The translations under genes and the position numbers were made by a program. DNA of 64,000 nt from Candidatus Multivoradales bacterium (lineage in GTDB: Bacteria > Acidobacteriota > Thermoanaerobaculia > Multivoradales > Multivoraceae): positions 928,001 to 992,000 of the forward strand of contig CBDCWI010000001.1 of assembly GCA_965223325.1 (NCBI GenBank), given 5' to 3'. The notes beneath the pieces were generated by a model, which was given only the letters and a program-made list of their open reading frames with translations, did no database searches and was not told where the DNA came from. Every line of letters begins with the position of its first letter. Position 1 is the first letter of the stretch. Below, piece after piece: positions 1 through 9,310 of the stretch.

Positions 1-1
1 C

Positions 2-805
2 GAATCGAGGAGGGCGTTTTTCGAGAAAGGCCTTGACGCCTTCGGCGTGGTCGGCGGTCTGAAACAGGGTGCGTAGGGTTCCTGTGACCCAGGCGCCGGT
101 TGCGTGACCGTCACCCCAGTAGAAGCGTCGCAGACCTTCCTTGAGAAAGCGCACCGCCAATGGTGGGTTCTCGGCAATGCGCCCCGCAAGCTCGTTGGCT
201 CTAGGCAGCAGGTCTTCATGCGCCACGACTTCTTTGACCAGGCCGATGTGTGCAGCGGTTCCTGCGTCGACGAAGTCTCCGGTGAACAAGAGCTCAGCGG
301 CCTTCTCTGGACCGACCAGCCGCGGCAGCCTCCACAGGCCACCGAGATCGGTGATCAACCCGCGGCGTACGAAGATCTCGGAAAAGCGCGCCTTCTCTGA
401 AGCGATGCGGAAATCGGCAAAGAGTGCGAGTTCCATGCCCCACCCGACCGCAGCCCCGTTGACCGCCGCAATCACCGGTCGATCGCACGCCAGAATCGGC
501 AACGCGTAGGGGGTTGGCTCGGTGCGAATGTCGACCGGCCGCGCGGCCTGCTTCTCCTGCTGCGAAACCATCAGCTCTTTGACGTCTTCGCCTGAGCAGA
601 AGGAAGGATCGCTCCCGGTCAGCACGACGACGCGGACCTGGTGGTCCGCTTGCACCGCCACGAATGCCGCAGCGAGCTCCCGATAGGCACGCAGGTTGAG
701 CGCGTTGTGACGCTCTGGACGATCGAGCTGCACGGTTGCCACGTGGTCGCAAACGTCGTACAGGACGTGCTCGAACTCCTGCGGCGGGATGTCGAACTGG
801 GTCAT
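2..805 (-). CDS. Enoyl-CoA hydratase/isomerase (crotonase) family protein, 3' end runs off the window
   Basis: Manual translation from ATG at 805 (absent from the ORF track): [37 protein letters not shown]...[19 protein letters not shown]...[19 protein letters not shown], which are crotonase-family motifs. Confidence 0.9.
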   Translation of the reverse strand, partial: MTQFDIPPQEFEHVLYDVCDHVATVQLDRPERHNALNLRAYRELAAAFVAVQADHQVRVVVLTGSDPSFCSGEDVKELMVSQQEKQAARPVDIRTEPTPYALPILACDRPVIAAVNGAAVGWGMELALFADFRIASEKARFSEIFVRRGLITDLGGLWRLPRLVGPEKAAELLFTGDFVDAGTAAHIGLVKEVVAHEDLLPRANELAGRIAENPPLAVRFLKEGLRRFYWGDGHATGAWVTGTLRTLFQTADHAEGVKAFLEKRPPRF

Positions 806-1140
806 ACGGGAACCTTCGTGTGGACATCTCGAGCAAGAGGCGATGCCTCTGCAGGACGGTTCAGGGCCGCCTTCAGACCTCGGACCCCGAGCTCGATGTC
901 GGTGATTGGGGCTGGCAGCTTACAGCGAACGGGCGGCAGGGGCTCATCGCCCATCACCGCCGGCCACCGAGTCTGTCCAGCAGGGTCATACCAACGACAC
1001 ATTCCCCTGCTCTCATCGATAGCATGACAAGGCCAGCACCGAAGAGAGTCCCTAGACGGTCCCGAAACTCCGCTGCCGGGCGCACCTTTGCACTCCCTTC
1101 CAGGACCAACGCCAGAGCCCGAAAGAGCCACCCGACACCC

Positions 1141-2460
1141 ATGAGCAGAACCCCGAGAAGTCGATCCCGCCTGGTCATCGAAGGCGGCCGGCCACTGTCT
1201 GGCACCGTCCGACCGCGCGGCAACAAGAACGCCGCCCTGCCGCTTCTCGCCGCCTGCCTGTTGACCGACGACACCGTAGTGCTCGAGAACGTCCCGGACA
1301 TCGCCGACGTGCGCACCCTCCTGGACCTGCTGGCGGACCTGGGCGTGAGTGTCGGTCGCGGTGACGATGGGTCCATCGAGCTCGACGCCTCGGGAGTCAA
1401 CGGGCGCCAGCCCGATCCAGAACTCTGTCGCAACATCCGCGCCTCGGTGCTACTCGCCGGTGCGCTCCTGGGCCGGCGAGGTCACGTCGAGCTGCCACCG
1501 CCCGGAGGCGACGTTATCGGCCGCCGCCGGCTCGACACCCACGTGCTGGCTCTAACGGCCCTCGGTGCGCGATTCGACAGCGGCGCCGACCGGTTGACGT
1601 TCGACACAACGGGGCAGCTGGTTGGCACCGAGATCTTTCTCGACGAAGCCTCGGTGACCGGAACCGAAAACGCTCTCCTCGCCGCCGCCACCGCCTCCGG
1701 CGTCACCACGATCCTCAACGCGGCTTCGGAGCCTCACGTCCAGGATCTGTGCCGGTTGCTCAACGCGATGGGGGCGGTGATCACTGGAGTCGGCACCAAC
1801 GCCCTGGTCATTGAAGGCAAGGCCAAACTCGGCGGCGCGCGCTTTCGGCTCGGCCCGGACTATGTCGAAGTCGGTTCGCTCGCCGTCCTGGCAGCGGTGA
1901 CCGGCGGTGCGCTCACGATCACTGGCGCGCGGCCGTATGAGCACCGGGCAATGCGCCTTGCTTTCGGTCGGCTGGGCCTGGTGCTCGATGAGTCTCCCGA
2001 TGGCGAAGACCTGATCGTGCCTCCGAACCAGGAGCTGGTCGTGAGGAGCGACCTGGGTGGCGCCATCCCCAAGATCGAAGACGCGCCCTGGCCGGGCTTC
2101 CCCGCCGACCTGATCTCGATCGCGCTGGTGCTTGCCACCCAGGCCAGCGGCACCGTGCTCGTTCACCAGAAGATGTTCGAGTCACGCCTCTTCTTCGTCG
2201 ATCGCCTGATCGCGATGGGAGCGCGCATCGTCCTTTGCGACCCGCACCGCGCGGTGGTCAGCGGCCCCGCCCGGTTGTTCGGCCAGGAGATGAGCAGCCC
2301 CGACATCCGCGCTGGCATGGCGATGTTGATCGCCGCCCTTTGTGCCGAAGGCACCTCGGTGATCGACAACGTGCAGCAGATCGACCGCGGCTACGAGGCC
2401 ATCGACGAACGCTTGCGCGCTCTCGGTGCCGACATCGAGCGCCAGACAATCGTCGTCTGA
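1141..2460 (+). CDS. murA: UDP-N-acetylglucosamine 1-carboxyvinyltransferase (Asp-type active-site loop)
   Basis: Motifs [63 protein letters not shown]. Start taken at ATG 1141. Confidence 0.95.
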   Translation: MSRTPRSRSRLVIEGGRPLSGTVRPRGNKNAALPLLAACLLTDDTVVLENVPDIADVRTLLDLLADLGVSVGRGDDGSIELDASGVNGRQPDPELCRNIRASVLLAGALLGRRGHVELPPPGGDVIGRRRLDTHVLALTALGARFDSGADRLTFDTTGQLVGTEIFLDEASVTGTENALLAAATASGVTTILNAASEPHVQDLCRLLNAMGAVITGVGTNALVIEGKAKLGGARFRLGPDYVEVGSLAVLAAVTGGALTITGARPYEHRAMRLAFGRLGLVLDESPDGEDLIVPPNQELVVRSDLGGAIPKIEDAPWPGFPADLISIALVLATQASGTVLVHQKMFESRLFFVDRLIAMGARIVLCDPHRAVVSGPARLFGQEMSSPDIRAGMAMLIAALCAEGTSVIDNVQQIDRGYEAIDERLRALGADIERQTIVV

Positions 2461-2482
2461 CAACGCCTCGAGCGATCTGAGA

Positions 2483-3175
2483 GTGAGACCCAAGAAAGAT
2501 CGCGCGACGACGCGCTCTGAGATCATCGAGCAGGGCAACGTCGTCTTCACCGCCAGCCCCGAGGAGTCGAACGGTGCACGGCCTGGAGCGGCTCTCCCGC
2601 CGCCCTTCAGGGTCGCCGCCCGCACCTGCCTTCTGGTTTCCGCCACCCGTCCTCGGCTGGCGGTTCTCGGCTGGGGGCTGGGTGCGATGGGTGGCGAGAT
2701 GGCCCGACTGCGCCCAGAAGCGCACCTCCTCGGCGTCGAGCTCTCGGCCGACCTCGCGCGCCGGGCACAGAAGCATCTCCCCGACCGAGTCGAGCTGTTG
2801 CACGGCGACGCACTGTCGTTTCTCGAGCGCACCCGCCGGCGTTTCGACCTCCTGCTCGACGACTGTTTCTCTTGGCAACACGCCAAGCCGGTACGGCCGC
2901 CCGAGCTGCTCCGCCATGGAGACCTGGCGCGCCGGCGCCTGCGCCCCGGTGGCCTCTATGTGCGCAACATGCTGCCCGAGCCGCACCTGCCGCTCGCTCT
3001 CCAGACTGAGGACCTGCACAGCGCCTTCGAACACGTTGAACTGCGGCGCTTTCGAGAATGGGACAACGTGCTTGCGGTTTGCACCGAGCGCCCTCTGCCG
3101 AGCGACTGGCGCGCACTTCTTCGCACTTCCGCCTCTACGAGCGTCGGCCGCCGGCGACGATCGCCATGCGCCTGA
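2483..3175 (+). CDS. Class I SAM-dependent methyltransferase, spermidine synthase-like
   Basis: VLGWGLGAMG glycine loop, GVELS, HGDALSFL, FDLLLDD, LRPGGLYVRN. Start uncertain. Confidence 0.7.
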   Translation: MRPKKDRATTRSEIIEQGNVVFTASPEESNGARPGAALPPPFRVAARTCLLVSATRPRLAVLGWGLGAMGGEMARLRPEAHLLGVELSADLARRAQKHLPDRVELLHGDALSFLERTRRRFDLLLDDCFSWQHAKPVRPPELLRHGDLARRRLRPGGLYVRNMLPEPHLPLALQTEDLHSAFEHVELRRFREWDNVLAVCTERPLPSDWRALLRTSASTSVGRRRRSPCA

Positions 3176-4127
3176 AGAGCTCCATGATGTCGACCGGCGG
3201 GCGCTCGATTCCCTGCTGGCGATCAAACTCTCGGTAGAGCGTCTCGACGTTGACCGCGATGCGCTCGGCGTCACCCCACGCGTCGAAGTCACCGAGCGCG
3301 ATGTCTTGTGCCGCAGCGAGCGCATCGAGGCCGGCGGCATAGCGCTCGCGCGCCTGTTGCTCGATGAACAGAAGGTACTCGCGCACCGCCTGCGGCCCGC
3401 GATGGTCGGTGATCGGGCCGTGACCCGGCACGATGGTCTCGAGGTCCATCGCCAGCAGCTTGTCGCAGGCGGCGATCCAGTTCGACACCGGCCCCGCCCA
3501 AATGAGGGGCGTGCCATCGATAAAGAGAATGTCGCCGGTAAACACCGTCTTGTCGTCCGGAACCCAGACCATGATGTCGCCCTCGGTGTGGGCTGGTCCG
3601 ACCTCGAGCAACACGACACGCTTCTCACCCACCGTAAGCTCGAGCGACTCCTCGAAGGTGCGGTTGGGCAAGGTGTGCTGGATGCCTTCGAAGTCGAAGG
3701 CGCCAAACGCTTCGACCAGGTAGCGCGCGAGCTGGTCGTCGCCGGCGCGCGCTGTTTTCATCAGCGCGGCCAGGCGCTCGGGGGTGGCGAGCTTCATCTC
3801 ACCCGCCGCGGCGCGTGAGGAGATGATCTCGACGCCTTCCCCGGCAACCAACTCGTTGCCGTGGGTGTGGTCGCCGTTGCTATGGGTGTTGACCAGGGTC
3901 TTGATGTCGGCGGCCGCCGGCACCGAGCGCCGCATGGCGGCGAGCATGTCGCTCGTCTTGGGCACATCGAACAGCGTGTCGACGAGGAGGGCGTCTTCGC
4001 CCGAAGCGATGAGGCCGGCGTTACTCCAGCCCCAGCCCCCGTCGGGCTGCAGCCAGGCCCAGGCTCCGTTGCCGAGGTCCTGGAGGCCGCGCTCGAAGGC
4101 GAAACCACCCGCAGCCAGAAGACTCAC
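3135..4127 (-). CDS. MBL-fold metallo-hydrolase (cyclase-like subgroup)
   Basis: GWGWSNAGLI, LLVDT, VNTHSNGDHTHGN, GPAHTEGD, FTGDILF, VPGHG. The GTG start overlaps the TGA of the upstream gene. Confidence 0.85.
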   Translation of the reverse strand: MSLLAAGGFAFERGLQDLGNGAWAWLQPDGGWGWSNAGLIASGEDALLVDTLFDVPKTSDMLAAMRRSVPAAADIKTLVNTHSNGDHTHGNELVAGEGVEIISSRAAAGEMKLATPERLAALMKTARAGDDQLARYLVEAFGAFDFEGIQHTLPNRTFEESLELTVGEKRVVLLEVGPAHTEGDIMVWVPDDKTVFTGDILFIDGTPLIWAGPVSNWIAACDKLLAMDLETIVPGHGPITDHRGPQAVREYLLFIEQQARERYAAGLDALAAAQDIALGDFDAWGDAERIAVNVETLYREFDRQQGIERPPVDIMELFRRMAIVAGGRRS

Positions 4128-5908
4128 GGTGTGTCCCGGCGATAGACCACCTTGCCGCCAAGCACCGTGAGATCGACCCGCGCGCTCTCGAGCGCCTCCG
4201 CGTTGCCATCGAGGATGTCGGCTGAAAGGACTGCAATGTCGGCGAGCTTGCCGGGCTCGAGTGAACCCTTCCATTCTTCTTCGAAGGCGGCCCAGGCGTT
4301 GGCGATGGTGTAGCTCCGCAACGCCTCCTCGCGTGTCATGCGCTGTGCTTCGTAGAACACCGAGCCGTCGCGCGCCTGGCGAGTGACCGAAGCGGCGAAA
4401 CTCGCCAGTGGGTCGATGTCTTCGACCGGCACGTCGGTTCCGTTGGTGACCACGGCGCCCGAATCGAGAAGCGCACGCCACATGTAGGCGCCCTCGCGAG
4501 CACGCTGGTCGCCGAGACGACGCGGAACCCAGGGTCCATCCGAGGTGGCGTGAACCCCCTGCATCGAAGCCACGACGCCGAGCTCGGCAAACCGTGGAAT
4601 GTCGCTCGGGTCGAGGTGCTGGGCGTGCTCGACGCGCCAGCGCAAGTCGCTTCCGTCGCCGGCCTTTAGGTAGGCAGCTTCGTAGATGTCGAGAACGGTG
4701 CGATTGGCGCGGTCACCGATGGCGTGAGTGCAAAGCTGGTAGCCGTGTTCGAGGGCCAGTTCGGCCGTGGCTCTGATTTCTTCTTCGGGCTCGATGACCA
4801 GGCCGGTGGTGTCGGGCATGTCGGTGTAGGGCTCGAGCAACCAGGCACCGTGCGAACCAAGGGCGCCGTCCATCGCCTTCTTGATGGCGTGCACCGCCAG
4901 GTAGTCGTCGCCCTCGGAAACCGAGCGCATGGCGGCCAGGCGATCTGCCATCTCCGCCTCCGGTTCGCGCACCATGACCCACAGACGCAACGGTAGAGCT
5001 CCCTCCTCCTCCATCGAATAGAAGAGCTCGATCTCTTCGAAGGAAGAGCCAGCGTCCTGGAAGCTGGTGATGCCATGGGCAAGGGCGCGCTGGCCTGCAA
5101 GCTCGACGTAGCGCCGCATCTCTTGTTCACGCTCCTCGTCGGTCATCGACTCGCGTGAGGCCGCCATGACACGCCCGGGCAGCCGCTGAGCGGTCTCACG
5201 GAGGAGCCCGGTGGCGTCGCCATTCAGGTCGCGCACGATGGTGCCGCCCGGCGGGTCGGCCGTCGCTCGATCGATTCCCGCCGCTTCTAAGGCGCTTTCG
5301 TTGGCGAAACCGGCATGACCGCTGCGATGGGTCAAGAGAACCGGATTCTCTGGCGAAACCGCGGACAGCGCCTCGTGCACCGGGTTACCTTCCACCGCGT
5401 CGTCCGGCAGCGCGTCCCACATCTCCTGATGCCAACCGCGGCCTGCGATCCACTCGCCAGGGGTAGCATTCTCCGCTGCCACGCGCACCTGCTCGACGAT
5501 GTCATCCCAAGACCGGGCGGTGGTTAGATCCAGAACCGAGAGGGCGTAGCCAAGGCCTGTGAAGTGACCATGGCCCTCGATGAATCCCGGAATGGCGAGG
5601 CGCCCATCGAGCTCGATGACTTCGGTGTCCTCACCGATGTAGCCCTCGACCGAGACGTTCGAGCCCAACGCCAGAATGCGAGCGTCTTTGGCCGCCAGCG
5701 CCTCGACGATCGAGAAACCCTTGTCGACTGTCGCGATGCGGCCGCCGCGCAGGACCAGGTCTGCCGGTTCGGCAAGTGCACCTTCGGGCGCTTCGCTGGC
5801 GCAGCCCGCCGCGACGACACCAACAAGGGTGGCGGCAAGAACCAGGAGAAGTCGGGGACGAGCGGCCGTAGGGCGACGGTTGCGGTTCGAGAAACGGTGA
5901 AGCGACAT
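4124..5908 (-). CDS. Amidohydrolase 3 (YtcJ-like) lipoprotein
   Basis: Lipobox AAGC; PGFIEGHGH, DGALGSHGA, THAIGDRAN, RVEHAQ, NGTDVPVE, GSLEPGKLAD. Confidence 0.9.
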   Translation of the reverse strand: MSLHRFSNRNRRPTAARPRLLLVLAATLVGVVAAGCASEAPEGALAEPADLVLRGGRIATVDKGFSIVEALAAKDARILALGSNVSVEGYIGEDTEVIELDGRLAIPGFIEGHGHFTGLGYALSVLDLTTARSWDDIVEQVRVAAENATPGEWIAGRGWHQEMWDALPDDAVEGNPVHEALSAVSPENPVLLTHRSGHAGFANESALEAAGIDRATADPPGGTIVRDLNGDATGLLRETAQRLPGRVMAASRESMTDEEREQEMRRYVELAGQRALAHGITSFQDAGSSFEEIELFYSMEEEGALPLRLWVMVREPEAEMADRLAAMRSVSEGDDYLAVHAIKKAMDGALGSHGAWLLEPYTDMPDTTGLVIEPEEEIRATAELALEHGYQLCTHAIGDRANRTVLDIYEAAYLKAGDGSDLRWRVEHAQHLDPSDIPRFAELGVVASMQGVHATSDGPWVPRRLGDQRAREGAYMWRALLDSGAVVTNGTDVPVEDIDPLASFAASVTRQARDGSVFYEAQRMTREEALRSYTIANAWAAFEEEWKGSLEPGKLADIAVLSADILDGNAEALESARVDLTVLGGKVVYRRDTP

Positions 5909-6040
5909 GCGAGGCTCCTTGGGACGCACCGCCCCTGGGCGGGCGACACTGAGATCTGAGGTGGAACAGGCGCCACGTTACACCGTCCGCTGACCTGCGC
6001 CACGGAGGCGGCGCCGGGCGCGGAACCGGGAGGGTGGCGC

Positions 6041-7918
6041 CTACTCGCAAGTCGAGAAGGCGCTGGTATCGAGAATCGGTTGGAAGGGCACGCCGAGTTG
6101 GTTCTGGTACGCGCGAATCTCGCCGGTCAGCATGTCGACGACCTGGATATCAACCTGAACGTCGGTGAGACCGGCGGCGAACACCCAGAAACGATCGAAC
6201 TGGCGACAGGCGTCGAGCACTTTGATGACCAACTCGACGTTGTCGTTGCTGAAGAACCAGAACCAGCCGGTGTCGGCTGTCAACCGCTCGGCTGAAGCGG
6301 CGCCGGAGTCGCCGTCGCGAGTACGCCAGGTCGCACGCACGCGAAAGCGCTCGTCTTGCAGGCACGCCGTGTCGCCGGCGGTGGTGCACTCGCCGAGGAC
6401 CAGATCGTCGTCACGGATGGTGACCGTGAGCGGCGTGGCATCGAGGTTGACTCCACCCTCGCCGGCGGCAAGTAGCACCTCGAAGGTCTCATCGGGTTCT
6501 TCGATGGCGTCGTCGAGGATCGTGATTTCGGCCGTCTTCGCCCCGGCTTCCCCATCCGCCCAGAACAGCGTCACGGCGTCGGCCGCGTAGTCGACGCCAG
6601 GGTTCGCCGACCCCGCAACGGAGCGCACCTCGGCCGACACCGCGCCCTCGGTGCCTTCGCTGCGGGTGGCCACGACCAGAACACTGCCGGCACTCTCACT
6701 GACCGTCACCTGACGCTCCACTAGCGCCAGTCGGCCGGTGCTTGCACCTGTCGTCTGGACAATGCGATCGATGCGGCCAGATTCAGACACCACATAGAGC
6801 TCGCCGCTCGAGTCCTCACCGAACGACGACAACTGGGTGACCGCAATCGGCAAAAGTCTCGACGTGTAGGAAGACGTTCCCGCAAGCTGCTCGCCTGCCC
6901 AGATCGTGCCGCTGCAGTAGTCACCGTAGATGTAGCGGCCAACGAGCGCCGGAGCATCGTTGCCGCGATAGACGTAGCCGCCAGTCACCGCACACCCGCT
7001 CGAGTGGTTGTACTCGAGCACCGGAGCGGTGTAGGCCGGTGAGCCGCAGGGCGGAATCGGCCCGGGGCAGCCCGCGCTCTGGTTGCGGCACCGGCCGCCC
7101 TCCATCATCTTCCAGCCAAAGTTCTGACCACCGGCGGTTCCGAATCCGACGCGATTGACCTCTTCGCGTTGATTCTGGCCAACGTCGGCGATCCACAGAT
7201 CGCCCGACTGCCGGTCAAAACTGAAGCGCCAGGGGTTTCGCAGACCCGTTGCCCACACCTCGTCGGGTTGCTCGCCGTTGCCCACGAACGGATTGTCGGC
7301 CGGAATGCCGTGAAAGGGCGGGCTGGCGGAGTTTGTGTCGACATCGAGACGCAGCATCTTGCCCAGAAGGCCCGCGCGTTGCGCGTTGCACTGCGGGTCG
7401 TCACCCGAGCCGCCGTCGCCGGTCGCGATCCATAGCATTCCGTCGGGCCCGAACTGCAGCTGACCACCATTGTGATTGCCAAATGGTTGCCCGACGGTGA
7501 GTAACGTCACTCCGCTCCCAGGGTCTGCACGATCGGGATTCGCTCCGACCGAGTAGCGCGCAATCACCGTGTCGCCATTGGTGTCGGTGTAGTTGACGAA
7601 CAGCCAGGGAGTTTGCGGGTACTGCGGATGAAACGCAACGCTCAAGAGCCCCTGTTCGCCGCCCGATCGAACCAGCGCCGAGATGTCGAGGAACGGAACG
7701 GCCAGCAGCGAACCGTTCCTCACGACGCGCACTCGGCCCACCTTCTCGGTGACGAAGAGTCGATCGTCGTTGGCATGGGTCAAGGCCACCGGCGCCGAAA
7801 GCCCAGAGCTCAACACCAACTCGAGCTCAATGTCGGCGAAGTCATCTTGCCCAGCCACGGGAACGACGCCAGTCGCAACCCACAGAGAAACCAACACAAC
7901 AGAACGCAAACCCATCAT
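6041..7918 (-). CDS. Secreted PQQ-dependent glucose/sorbosone dehydrogenase-family protein with Calx-beta and an Acidobacteria-type C-terminal domain
   Basis: Signal peptide; GEQGLLSVAFHP, NHNGGQLQFGPDG, GLRNPWRFSFD, YGDYCSG; Calx-beta DDAIEEPDETF; C-terminal CLQDERFRV...GWFWFFSNDNVELVIKVLDAC. Confidence 0.88.
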   Translation of the reverse strand: MMGLRSVVLVSLWVATGVVPVAGQDDFADIELELVLSSGLSAPVALTHANDDRLFVTEKVGRVRVVRNGSLLAVPFLDISALVRSGGEQGLLSVAFHPQYPQTPWLFVNYTDTNGDTVIARYSVGANPDRADPGSGVTLLTVGQPFGNHNGGQLQFGPDGMLWIATGDGGSGDDPQCNAQRAGLLGKMLRLDVDTNSASPPFHGIPADNPFVGNGEQPDEVWATGLRNPWRFSFDRQSGDLWIADVGQNQREEVNRVGFGTAGGQNFGWKMMEGGRCRNQSAGCPGPIPPCGSPAYTAPVLEYNHSSGCAVTGGYVYRGNDAPALVGRYIYGDYCSGTIWAGEQLAGTSSYTSRLLPIAVTQLSSFGEDSSGELYVVSESGRIDRIVQTTGASTGRLALVERQVTVSESAGSVLVVATRSEGTEGAVSAEVRSVAGSANPGVDYAADAVTLFWADGEAGAKTAEITILDDAIEEPDETFEVLLAAGEGGVNLDATPLTVTIRDDDLVLGECTTAGDTACLQDERFRVRATWRTRDGDSGAASAERLTADTGWFWFFSNDNVELVIKVLDACRQFDRFWVFAAGLTDVQVDIQVVDMLTGEIRAYQNQLGVPFQPILDTSAFSTCE

Positions 7919-8110
7919 CGGCAGCTCCCCCATCAGAATCAATATGGCGCGACGCCATAGAGGATAGAAGAACCCGGCCCTCCACCGCCCGAGGAATCCC
8001 AGTTCCACCCCAGTCAATCGCCCGGGAATCGCCCGGGAGGCGCCCGGCGCGGGCCCGGGAGGTTTCGAATGGGCTCTTCTGGCCGTCCAGGTGTCTCCTA
8101 GAATCACTCG

Positions 8111-9310
8111 GTGTCCATTTCAGCCAGGCCGACCGAGACAGCAACCGCTCCACTCACCTGCCAGAAGAGTGAGTTTTCCCTCCCTACCGGGCGCCACTAC
8201 CTGAACTGCGCCCGCATGGCGCCACTGTCGCGGCGGGTGGCGGCCGCGGGGCACGCGGGGATTGATCGCAAGCTCGACCCCGACGCGATCGATGGTGCGA
8301 TGTTCTTCGACGAGTCGAACGACATCCGTGGCCTCTTCGCAGCTCTGATCGGCGCCGACGACCCGGAGCGCGTCGCCCTGCAGAGTGCGGCGTCTTACGG
8401 CATCGCCACTGTCGCCCGAAACACCAGGCTCGAACCCGGCCAGAACGTTGTCATGCTGGCCGAGCAGTTCCCGAGCAATGTCTACTCGTGGCACCGTCTC
8501 GCCGAAACGAACGGCGCCGCACTTCGCACCGTCGCAGCACCGGATGGCCCTTCGCAGGAACCGCGGGGAGCCCGCTGGAATGCGGACATCCTGGCCGCCA
8601 TCGACGAGGCCACCGGGCTCGTCGCGCTTCCCAATCATCACTGGTCCGACGGCACGCGCTTCGACCTTCCTTCAATTGGCGAGAAGGCACGCAGAGTCGG
8701 GGCGATGTTCGTCGTCGACGGCACCCAGTCTGTCGGAGCCGTTCCATTCGACGTCGGCCAGGTCGGTTGCGACGCTCTCATCTCTGCCGCCTACAAGACC
8801 CTCTATGGCCCCTACTCAGCCGCCCTCGCCTGGTTCGGCCCACGCTTCGACGATGGTGTCCCGCTCGAGGAGAATTGGCTCATGCGCGCCGGCAGCGAAG
8901 ACTTCGCCAACCTGGTCAACTACCGCCACGAGTACCAGCCCGGCGCGATTCGCTATGACGTTGGAGAGCGTTCGAACTTCGCCCTCAACCCGATGACCAA
9001 AGCAGCCCTCGAGGAGGTCACGGCGCGCGACCCGCAGCGCTACCAGGTCTACTGTCAGAAGCTCACCAGTGGACTGGAGGCGCGCCTCGCTCCGCTCGGC
9101 TTCACCATGGAAGAGAGTGCCTGGCGCAGCAGTCACCTCTTCGGCCTACGTTCGGCCGCCGTCGAGCCGAAGAAGGTGCAGGCCGCCCTCGCGTCACATG
9201 GCGTTTCGGTCTCGGTTCGCGGAAACGCGATCAGGGTCTCACCCGGGATCTACAACGATGAGGAAGACATCGACGCCCTGGTCGACGCCCTCTCCGACGC
9301 CGCTCGCTAG
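8111..9310 (+). CDS. Aminotransferase class V PLP-dependent enzyme
   Basis: YLNCA, EQFPSN, VVDGTQSVG, SAAYKTLYGP (PLP lysine), IRVSPGIYN. Confidence 0.88.
   Translation: MSISARPTETATAPLTCQKSEFSLPTGRHYLNCARMAPLSRRVAAAGHAGIDRKLDPDAIDGAMFFDESNDIRGLFAALIGADDPERVALQSAASYGIATVARNTRLEPGQNVVMLAEQFPSNVYSWHRLAETNGAALRTVAAPDGPSQEPRGARWNADILAAIDEATGLVALPNHHWSDGTRFDLPSIGEKARRVGAMFVVDGTQSVGAVPFDVGQVGCDALISAAYKTLYGPYSAALAWFGPRFDDGVPLEENWLMRAGSEDFANLVNYRHEYQPGAIRYDVGERSNFALNPMTKAALEEVTARDPQRYQVYCQKLTSGLEARLAPLGFTMEESAWRSSHLFGLRSAAVEPKKVQAALASHGVSVSVRGNAIRVSPGIYNDEEDIDALVDALSDAAR

Noticed and set aside
806-1140. Possible glycine riboswitch upstream of murA (GCACCGAAG...GAAACTC) in a hairpin-rich spacer
   Set aside because: The CTCTCAGG and GGAGA core elements are missing and the downstream gene does not fit; the stems can be explained by GC content.
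736-1140. N-terminal extension of the 574-aa murA ORF; similar extensions on the ORFs at 3135, 28889, 51289 and 58512
   Set aside because: The extensions overlap neighbouring genes or look non-coding; homology begins at internal starts.
2258-3818. Long alternative-frame ORFs (482 and 414 aa); likewise 10569-11648, 37441-38853, 54194-55546 and 59719-61221
   Set aside because: Arg/Pro/Ser-rich shadow frames of real genes, expected in high-GC DNA.
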